Origin: the human T2T-CHM13v2.0 reference genome, Homo sapiens
Reading direction: 5' to 3' (one strand)
DNA length: 64,000 nt
Assembly: GCF_009914755.1 (NCBI RefSeq)
Contig: NC_060947.1
Below the pieces are notes generated by a model. The model was not told where the DNA came from. It made no database searches and was given only the letters and a program-made list of their open reading frames with translations. A program made the position numbers and the translations under genes. This document shows positions 54,300-64,000 of this stretch, one piece after another. Within the stretch, counting starts at the first letter, position 1, and the number at the start of each line of letters is the position of its first letter.

Positions 54300-54559
54300 A
54301 AAGAAAGCGGTGAGTTAAATCTAAAATTATTTAGAAGAGCATGTTATACTTTAAAGGTATATAATCTCTTTTCTTCCCACTTCAGATAGTTAACTTCTAA
54401 TTACCTTTCAAGATTTAACAAGTGTTAACTCTTCCAAAAACCTCTCCCAGATCCCCAGGGCTACTCTTCAGGGCTACCCTTGCCCTCTGCACTAACATCA
54501 CTCATTGTATTGTAATTATATGCTTACATGTTGGGCTTTCTATCTGAAGTATGAGTGTT

Positions 54560-54778
54560 GTTTTTTCAATATATTTTTTTATTTAAATAGCTTTTGGTGT
54601 ACACGTGGCTTTTGGTTACGTGGATGAATTCTATAGTGGTGAATTCTGAGATATTAGTGCACCTGTCACCTGAGTAGTGTACACTGTAACTAATGTATAG
54701 TTATTTATCCCTGCCCCCCCACCCTCCCCGTTCTGAGTCTCTAAAGTCCATTATATGACTCTGTATGCCTTTGCAGTA
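54560..54778 (-). mobile_element. Short L1PB-like 3' end
   Basis: ttttggttacgtggatgaattctatagtggtgaattctgaga; TSD aagtatgagtgtt (54547-54559) / aagtgtgagtgtt (54779-54791). Confidence 0.85.
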
Positions 54779-54835
54779 AAGTGTGAGTGTTCTGAAGGGC
54801 AACACATGTGTTCTACATTTAAATCTGTATCAATG

Positions 54836-55376
54836 TGTTAGGTTCTCAAGATCAAGCCCAGGTTCAATAATCTGCTAGGAAGACTCAGTGGATTTAACAA
54901 ATTGTTGCACTCACAACTATAATTTATTACAACAAAAGGATACAAAGCAAAACCAGCCTAGGGAAAAAGCACATGAGGTAAAGTCCAGGAAGAACCAGGT
55001 GAGAGCCTCCAAGAGTCCTCTCCCAGTAAAGTCACGTAAAACATGCTAAATTCTCACAGCAACAAGTTGTGACAACACATGGGAAATGTCATCTACTAGG
55101 GAAGCTCATTAGACTCAGTGCCAAGGGTTTTTGGAGAGAGTTGGTCATGTAGACACTTTCTGCCAAGCACATACCAAAATGTCAAAAACCCCAGAGGAAA
55201 GCAGGTGTTTGGTAAAAATGACAGTGTTTGTACAAATGGCTTAGGCACCAAGAGACACTTTATCAATTAAAGAATGGTGGAAACCCTCCTGAAAGACGAA
55301 TTCCCAGATGCCAGCCAAGGCCCAACCATGTCAACAGATAGCAGTCAGGCCTACTCTGCTAACTCTTTTCTGCACA
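54836..55376 (-). mobile_element. MER68/MER77-like ERVL solo LTR
   Basis: Reverse complement starts tgtgcagaaaagagttagc...aggcctga; atttattacaacaaaaggatacaaagc. Confidence 0.7.
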
Positions 55377-56409
55377 ATCCATTACACCTAGTATTAAGCC
55401 TGAGACTGCCAGACATTTAGATAGGTCATTCACCTATGTTATCCCATGACTTTTCACAATCACACTGGAACATAAGCATTATTATTCTAATTGTTAACAG
55501 ACAGAAACAAGCTCAGAGAGGCTAAACAACATGCCCAGAATCACAGTCAATTAAACAGGGCTATGATTTGATATTTTAGCTGCCTAATCTAGATCTCACG
55601 CCTTTTACACTTTACCACAATTGCCTATTCAGGGGGATTATATAAGCAGCATATAAGTAAAACAAGGCAGCAGAAACTGCATGGTTAGGCAAACACACAA
55701 ACAAGCAACTGAACTTGTAGAACACATACCAACCAAATTTCCAAAAGTTCTCAAGAGGCATTCTTGCAGTACCTTATGCAGAGATTTCTGGGCCCTTTTC
55801 TTGATTCCATCCACTCTCCAGAGGCAGCTACTTAACTGTGCAATTGCTAAGTTACAGACTTCTTCACCACTTAGAACTCAGGCATGTACCAGATGTACTG
55901 CCACACTCATTAGGGCTAAGCACACAGAAGCCCACCCAAGTATTCCACTTGGGATCCAGCCTAGTGATGAGTAGTTGGAAATAATCAAAGCACCAGAACC
56001 CTCAGGCCCTAATTGAGGAACACTCACTTTTGCTAATTATTCTTTCCTCAAGAAATATTTTGATTGTGTCAACTCTGGCACCCACTGATGGAGTTTTGAG
56101 ACTGCAACAGCAGGCTAAACCCACTTCAACAACTCATCTAATGAGTTAGGTGTTGTGTGTATGTTTAGGGAAAGCATTTTAGATCACCGTGAAGCAATGG
56201 TCACACGGCCAGTTCAAGTTCTCTGCCCTGTATTCAGTGCCTGCTCACTGGCCAATGCACTAGCCTCAGCCCTGAGAATGCAGAAATGAACAAGATCCAA
56301 TCATCATCTTTGCAGACAGAGTCCAGAGTAATGGTTAAAAAGTGGAATTTCCGTTGTTCCCATATCCTATGATTGACTAGGGACTATCCTTTGTCAATGC
56401 AAAGTTGAA

Positions 56410-57275
56410 AGGACCCACTGGAATCATCATAAACAATAATAACAATAGTACACACCATTTATGAAGCACTTACTGGGTACACCAGGAACTATGCTAAGCA
56501 TATTACATGCTTCACTCATTTATTCCTCAAAATAGCCCTGTGAGGTAGATATTCTTATTATCCCCAAATTACAGATGGTAAAACGGAAGGTTAGAGGAAC
56601 CAAGTAACTTTCTCAAGCCCAAACACCAAATATGTGCTAGCAGTGGGATTCAAACCCACTTCTGCTTTACTACAAAGCCCAAGTTCTTAACCATAGCACT
56701 CCCTACCTTAGAGAAGCTATTATAGAAACCAATTGAAGAAGTAAGACAGCAGGATTTGGCCACTCTGCCCCTCTCTCCCAAGTCAGAGGCTATTTCTGCA
56801 CCAAGGACAAAAAGTCTGCTCATTGCAGGTCCACACTAGGCTCAAAGAGCAGGTCTGTGACCTACAGCCCATCAGTTATTTTCACATGAACAACTCCATC
56901 CACAGAGACCCAAGTACACAGAGGGCTTAAGGCAGCCACCAGAGCTCACTTAATAATACACCCATATCTTACAGACACACAGTACAGGGGAAACAACAGC
57001 ATAGACTGGGTACAGATCATGTACCCCAGGCCTCAGAATGCTTGGATGGGTTTTCAATGGCAAGCTTCCCTACCACAGAGGAAGGATTTCCAGTTTACAA
57101 AGCACTTTCATATCTGATCCTCCTGGCAACCTTTTTAAAATGATTCTCACTTCTGATTTGAGGAAACTGAGGTTCAAGGATGTCCAATGACTTGCCAATA
57201 TCACACAATCTGTACGAGACACAGCGTGGACTCTGACCCAGGTCTTTTGATTCTAAACCAGTTTGTCTATACCAG
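56410..57275 (-). mobile_element. MIR copies (56410-56705, 57095-57275)
   Basis: ccctgtgaggtagatattcttattatccccaaattacagatgg; gaggaaactgaggttcaagg. Confidence 0.8.
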
Positions 57276-57294
57276 CTCACACTTGTTATTTATC

Positions 57295-57600
57295 TTTTTT
57301 TTTTTTTTTTTTTTGAGATAAGAGTCTCACTCTGTTGCCTAGGCTGGAGTGCAGTGGTGCAATGTCGGCTCACTGCAACCTCCTTCTCCCGGATCCAAGC
57401 TATTCTCCTGCCTCAGCCTCCCAAAGTAACTGAGATTGCAGGTGGGCACCACCATGACTGGCTAATTTTTTTGTATTTTTACTAAAGACGTGGTTTCACC
57501 ATGTTGGTCAGGCTGGTCTCGAACTCCTGACCTCAAACGATCTGCCTGCCTCAGTCTCCCAAAGTGCTGGGAATAGAGGCACGAGCCACCATGCCCGACC
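57295..57600 (-). mobile_element. Full-length AluS
   Basis: poly(T), gagtctcactctgttgcctaggctggagtgcagtgg...; TSD-like tgttatttat/tgttattaat. Confidence 0.96.
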
Positions 57601-57758
57601 TGTTATTAATTAATATAAACCCATCACTACACTGCTAAGCTAGTTAGGCAAAGACGTATTGAGTGCCTTACTATCTGCAGAGAACTGTATGAAATGCCCA
57701 AGAGTCCACAAAAATAGGTATGAGTTATGCATCTTCATGTGCACACAGAAATGCTTAC

Positions 57759-57816
57759 CTGGGAATTAACAGATCACTCAAAGTCCAACAAAACATGAGC
57801 ATATTTTTAAAGAAGT
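57759..57816 (-). other. Candidate 58-nt internal exon
   Basis: Minus strand: tttaacactttgtttaatag|ACTTC...CCCAG|gtaagc. Confidence 0.35.
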
Positions 57817-58239
57817 CTATTAAACAAAGTGTTAAATTCCTTACAGGCTTAAAAAGGAGACTACACAAAGGAAGGCATCCAGTTAAAGGTACCAAGAATG
57901 TTCAAGCTTTCAGGATTGCACAATGGTGATGGATTGAAAGCGGGGAAAATTTATTTGTTCTACTTATCTTAAAATGATTCAAATATACCTTAAAGAAAAA
58001 GGTAACCTAAATGTAGTAAGACCTGTCATCTTTATGGGTCCATTATAGATTCATCCATTCATTTACTCAACAAATACCTACTTAGAACTACATGCTAAGC
58101 AATATACTAGTTGCTAGGCATGAAAGGAAAAATAAAGCATACCGTAAGAGAAAAACACAGAGAAGGGTAGAAGGGAAGTCTAGGTACTGAGAAAAATGCG
58201 TACAAAGGCACAGAGGCAAGAGAGTATGGTGATTGCTAT

Positions 58240-59415
58240 TGACAATTACTATTTGAAACACCCTATACATGGCTTGTCTGAAGCATGCCCTCTTGATTTT
58301 CCTTCTATGTCTTTAAATATTCTGTTTCTATGTCTCTTACTGATTCTACTCCTCTCAACCTTTAAAAGAGGTGTTACTCAACTTAGTTCATATCTTTTTC
58401 TCCTCTCACTCTACTCTTCAACAAGATCATCCATAATCCAGGACTTCATTTCCCATTCATATCTTCCTCCTCATTAACCTTTAAATCTACATCTCCAGCC
58501 TGGGTCAAACATCTGAAATCCAGACTCATATATCCAATGATCTACTCTGTTTCTCCCCTTTCACATTTCATAGGAATTTCCAAATCAAACCCAGTTCAAA
58601 GTGGAGTCATTCACTCACCTCACCACCAAACTAGTATGTGCCTAGTGGTCCCAATAAATGACATCACCCCAGTGCTCCAGCCAGACACCCAGAAGTCATC
58701 CTTGACTCCTCCCTCACCCTCATTCCTGACATGCTACCCATCGGCAAAGTCCTGTGGGTCAGCTCTGTGTTCTAACTAACTATCTGATATTCCCACACCT
58801 CTCCATCTCCAGGCCCATATTCATTTCCAGAACACCATCAGCTTTCTTCCAGTCTCCTAATGTATCTACTGCAACAGGCTGCTCCCTGCTTCTATTCTCA
58901 CCCTCCTTCAAATGTGTTCTGTAGTAAGTCATTCCATCTTACCACCTTTACAAGAAGCCCCTGGTCCAAGTCATCATTTCCTTGCTTCCACTTTGTCCCT
59001 TAGGGTCTATTTCAACGGAGCATCCAGGCAGTATGGGGGAGGGGAGATGGGGCAGCAATCAGATCAATCCTTTTAACACTTCATGTGCATTTTATCATTC
59101 CCCCAATGTCTTCCCATCTCACTCAACATGAAAACTAAAATCCTTACACTGGCTAACAATGCTCTCCATGATCTGGGTCCCTACTATCTCAGAGATGTCA
59201 TCTTCCACCGCATTTCCTTGCTCACTCCATTTCTGTCACATTGGCCTTGTTGCTGGGCCTTGAATACGCCAATTCTCCTTTCTCCTAAGGGCCTTGTGTC
59301 TGCTCTTCTCTCTGCCTGTAAAGCTCTTTTCCTTCATGGTCAATCTCTCACTTCCACCAGGCCTTTGCTGAAATGCCAGCTTTTCCTCGAGGTCTTTCCT
59401 CACCACTAGATAGAT

Positions 59416-59460
<45 letters not shown>

Positions 59461-59464
59461 GAGT

Positions 59465-59499
<35 letters not shown>

Positions 59500-60240
59500 T
59501 GGCACCCTTTCCCCAAGGGCACACTCTTGGACCTTTGCTGCTTTCATAGCACTCCTCACCATGTGATATGTTCTACTTGTTGGTTTCTTTACTATCTCCA
59601 AACTCCACTCCACTAGAATATAAAATCCACAAAAGCAAGGAATTCACTGTCTATTTTATTATTTGGCTTATCCCTCAGAGCCGAGGACAATGCCTGGAAT
59701 GTAGTAAATGTTCAATAATTACCTGTGAAATGAATAGTAACTGCATTGACCTTTTCAAAATGTAACTGAAAATTGAATCATGTCACCCTAGGTTTAAAAT
59801 CCTTTAATGACTTCCCACTGCTGTTAGAAAAAGGTTCAAATCCAGCACCGTCTTATCCACCCTCCACTCACTCTGTCTGCTCCAGCCCTGCTGAATTTCT
59901 CTGTTTCTCTATCATGGTATTGTTTATTCTACTGATAAGCCTTCACACATGCTGGTCCCTCTAACCGCAAAGCTCTCCTCCCTTCTCATCATATAATGAC
60001 CCCTCCACATTCTTCCATCCCAGCTGAAAAGTCAATTTCCTGGAAAAGTCCGTCAGGTTTGTACATCTCCTTTGCAGTTTCTTCCTACTTCTCTTATTAA
60101 CTTATGTATATTTAGTTCTTCAATGTTCTGTTTCTCTGAATAAACCATTAACATGGAGACCATATATATTCTATTCAATACTCTGGTTTCCAGTAGGCAC
60201 ATAATAGGTACTCAGTGAATATTTCTTAACTAACTGCTAA
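58240..60240 (+). mobile_element. Cluster of L2 fragments
   Basis: aaatctacatctccagcc, tccagactcatatatcc, caatgcctggaatgtagtaaatgttcaata, ggcacataataggtactcagtgaatattt. Confidence 0.75.
59408..59497. repeat. Compound STR: (GATA)n followed by (CA)n
   Basis: tagatagatgatagatag... (~12 units) then acacac... (~15 units). Confidence 0.98.
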
Positions 60241-61164
60241 GGGCAAGTGCCTTATAATACAGCTCAGATCACATTAACATCTATGAAAGTAGTAATGTCA
60301 TGGGTTTTGTGTGCCCTAGGACCCACACACTGATTAGCCTAAGAAGCCGAAAAAGAGAACCTTGGAGCTCAGGCAGACTGAAGACATTGCCGGGCTCAAA
60401 CACTTAAGGTACACATTCTGCCTGAAGAATACATAGGCAAGTGAAAAAAACCCCATTCCTCCTGTGAGATCTAAGTTGGTGCTGTAAACATCAGTTGTTT
60501 ACAAGTGTGTCTGTCACCTGAATATAAAGACAGCTAGTTTCCAAAACTCAGTTATGATAAATGTGTCTCACTGCATTTTTTTCTAAGCTGCAAGCAATGA
60601 CTGATGTTTATTGTCAATATTTTAGTTGTCAAGTGAGAAAATGGCACAGATAATTGGCCACAGGTTCTATAGGTAAAAATGACAGCTAACAGAAAGAAAA
60701 AGATAAAAATACCACCACATAAAAACATAAATGGCATCATCACAGACAATAAAAATAGGGAAGGTGTAAACTTTCAGAGAATAGCAAAGTACTCTCTTCA
60801 GGAAAACTTTAATTAAGTACACGGCTTTTCAAAATCTGCCAGTAAGTAGTACTGGCAGAGTACCAAATCTCTCTAATTCTTAACAGTTTGGGGGAAAAAG
60901 TGGTTTTCAATTTCTGGGTACAATGTAATGGTTAAGAAAGGCCACCAGCCTGCCTGAATTCAATTCCTGGCTTGGTCACTTTCAAGCCATATGACTTTGG
61001 CAAGTGGTGTTATTTCTTGGAGCCTTGGTTTCCTCCTCATCTGTAGAAGAGTAAAATTAATGCCTGTCTCAAAAGTTGTTGTGAGAATTAAATGCAATAA
61101 CATAAGAAAAGAACAGAAAAAGCACTGATCAGTTTTTTCTTACTTTCATTGTGGTGGTGGTGGT

Positions 61165-61312
61165 TGTCATCATCCACATATCGCATGTAACTGAAAATTG
61201 AATCATGTTACCCTAGGCTTAAAATCCTTTAATGACTTCCCACTGCTATTAGAAAAAGGTTCAAATCCAGCACCATCTTGGATGGTTGATATGTCATCAT
61301 CCACATATCACA
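61165..61312. repeat. 21-bp direct repeat flanking a 95-bp copy of 59760-59854
   Basis: tgtcatcatccacatatcgca / tgtcatcatccacatatcaca; 61185-61279 matches 59760-59854 with 4 substitutions. Confidence 0.93.
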
Positions 61313-63079
61313 AAAAGAAATATTTGCAAGTAGAGGTCCTGATAGACTTTTTAATGAAAAGACTCAGCATTTGGAGAATCATCTAAGGCCATACAAAATA
61401 AAATGTTATAACAGCACACTGTCAAAGATAGGGCTTAGCACTGTGAACACTATATATGCCCTAAGTTTGATAACCAGGATAAGCAATGCAAGGTACTCAT
61501 GAGAATAAAAACCAGTGGGAAATATCCTGCCTCTGAAAATCAGGCTATAAAGATGTTGAAAGGGGAGCCAGAAGTCTCTAAGCTCATTTGTGTTTGGATA
61601 TTTATGTGGTAATCTGGGTTACTGATTCCATATTACTCATGCCTATGGTAATAGTCCTAGTAGTCTGGAAGAGCCCCAGTGCTTCACAGTCATCAACAAG
61701 GTGCCTATCATCATTTACAGGTGTTCCACACTTTGCAAAAACTGATAAGCTTCCACACAGCAACCGCAACACAGGCCTGACTAAATGTTAAATGTTAACA
61801 AATATATAACATAATTACAAAAGTAAATATTATAGCCCTGGTTTTATCCGAATGGACATTATTTGGATTACTAGTATTCAAATTAGCGGAGGTTTAACAA
61901 AGTTCAAAAGGAAGTACTTCAGTACACTCTGTGTTGTCTGTCTTCCCCACGCTGTGGATGCGCTCTCACTGTTCAATTAGGGAAGATGTCCCCCATTCAT
62001 CCCATTTTGGACCTGCTTGTCCCCCAAAATGTTCTCTGGACTTGAAGACAAACTAACCTAAATAAGGCGCTGCTGTTTTAGGTGATGAAGACTGCTTCCC
62101 TCCAAGGTGGGCTCCAACCAGACTCCACTAGGGCATTGCTGGAGCCTTTGAGCACAGATTGGGGATGCATCAAAATCTAGTCCCAAGGGACTTCCATGCA
62201 CAGTGGACCTACATACTAGCTGATCACATAAATCAAACTCTCCAGTCTCCTAACTGCCTTCTAGTATGGTTCCAGGCCCAAATGACTGCCTTTCTCTTCT
62301 TGCTACCCTAATATGCACCTGCCACCCCCAAATTTCTGTTAGTTCACTTCCCTTCCCAGTGGCCAGCTCTGCAGACCACCAACATGCAAGCTGAAGCCCA
62401 CACACACCAAAGCCAAGGAAAGGTAGCCCTGGCAGGGTGCAGCACTCCCCTCCTTCTCTCCCTTCCTGTTCTCACTGGCACTGCTAGCCTCAGGCCTGGG
62501 ATGGCGTACTCACTGAGCTGTAACCCTCACCACAGTCTCACTCTATGCATTGAGTGCCCATTGAGCAGGGAAGCCTGAACCCCCTCCTGGCCTGTGTGAA
62601 AAGAACTCTGACCTTAAGTTCAGCCCAGCCCTTGCCAACCCTTTTCCTCTACTCTGATGGTGTTCTACCACAACCCAAGCCAGAAACCCTGGAGACAAGA
62701 AGTTGCTTCTCTCTTAACCACTGCCTGAGACACTCCCCTTTTGGGGAAGCCAGTTCACATTCACATCCTATGAGAAACAAAGCCCTGAGATTGTACCTCC
62801 TGTCCTGATTATTCCTCAAGCCATATCACTTTCTCCAGAAGACCCCCCTGACATGCACTGCAGTCAGGCACTCATTCTGCCTTGCCTGGACTCCTGCAAT
62901 GGTCTCCTTCCTGGTCTCCCTGCCCAGTCTTCCCCCATCCTTATACTGCCAAAGTCCTCCTTCTAAAAGCAAGTCAGATCCCCTCATTCCTCTGCTGAAA
63001 AGATCTTCAACAGGTCCCCATTAGTTAAGGAAAGAAATTCCACAAATGTTAGCATGTTACCAAAGCCTCTAGAGCAACG

Positions 63080-63605
63080 ATCATCAAGCTTTTCGATCTC
63101 AGAATCTTAAAAATAATTGAGATGTGGCAGAGAAAAAAAGGGTGATTTCTTGGGGGAAAAAAACAGTACTCCAAAGACCTTATATTTTGTGAGCTACATC
63201 TGTCAATATATATTGAATTATAAATAAAAACAAAAAATTTTTAAATATTCAGGTATCAATTCCCTTGAAATTCACAATAATAAACCAACAACATGTTCAT
63301 ATAAATAATATAATTACATGGTAACATAAGTAACATATTTTTAAGAAAAATAACTAAAGTTTTATGAAACATAACCATATTTTTCAAAACAACCAAAAAT
63401 GTAGGTCAAAACAACACGGTTTTGTATTTTTGCAAATCTCTTTAATGTCTGGGTTAATGGAGGACAGCTGGATTCTTATGTTTGTTTCTGCATCTGATTT
63501 GTTATGGTAGTTTGTTTTAGCTGAGGTACATGAAGAAACTCCAGTATTACACAGATATGTAATTAGAAGAGGCAGGATTTTGCAGACCCCCTCAAAGGGA
63601 CTCTA
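63080..63605. mobile_element. hAT-Charlie DNA transposon fragment (Charlie2-like)
   Basis: ttttgcaaatctctttaatgtctgggttaatggaggacagctggattct...tgaagaaactccag. Confidence 0.65.
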
Positions 63606-63639
63606 GTGAGGAGGAATCAAATCAGCATCAAATCAAATG

Positions 63640-63837
63640 GGCATCAAATCAGAGAGGCTGGGAGAGAGGGATAGCAAAAACGAACAAGTATACTTTTGAG
63701 AGTGATGGATGTTTTCATTACCTTGATTGTGGTGATGGTTTCATGGTATATACATATGTCAAAACTTATAAAATTGTATATTTTAAGTATATGCTATTTG
63801 TCATATGTCAATTAGTTCAATAAAGCTATTTAAAAAT
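63640..63837 (+). mobile_element. L1ME/MC-type 3' end
   Basis: ccttgattgtggtgatggtttcatggtatatacatatgtcaaaactta...tcaataaagct. Confidence 0.8.
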
Positions 63838-64000
63838 AGGAGAAAAAAGCTTCAAAAATGCTGTTCATCATGACGTCAACCTCCCTTTCTTCCCCCTCTG
63901 CCTCTACTCCCCTTCAAGCCATAAAACTTACACTCCAACTGTGTGTTACTAACAGTGGTGCCCCAGACCCACCAGCACCGGTCCCTTTCTGCACCTTTCC

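Overview
Primate (very probably human) genomic DNA, AT-rich, with no CpG island and no credible multi-codon CDS among the listed ORFs, most of which are repeat-derived or chance. Roughly half is recognisable interspersed repeat: Alu, dense MIR/L2, L1 3' fragments, MaLR/ERVL solo LTRs, and hAT/Tigger MITEs, plus microsatellites. Short minus-strand exon candidates with canonical splice sites (57759-57816, 18929-18963, 17644-17715) splice in frame, suggesting this is intronic territory of a large minus-strand gene that I cannot name. The most notable structures are: (i) a ~1.2 kb non-TE retro-insertion (53094-54299) bounded by a 17-bp target-site duplication with AATAAA and a poly(A) remnant, carrying an exon-like unit; (ii) two 'duplication + locally templated insert' scars (9649-9799, 61165-61312); (iii) a perfect 27-bp-arm hairpin (19418-19499); (iv) a twin-primed L1, a trimeric Alu and a possible ancient RT fossil. 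Repeat subfamily names come from memory of consensus sequences and boundaries are approximate unless a TSD is quoted. No novel multi-gene system can be supported.
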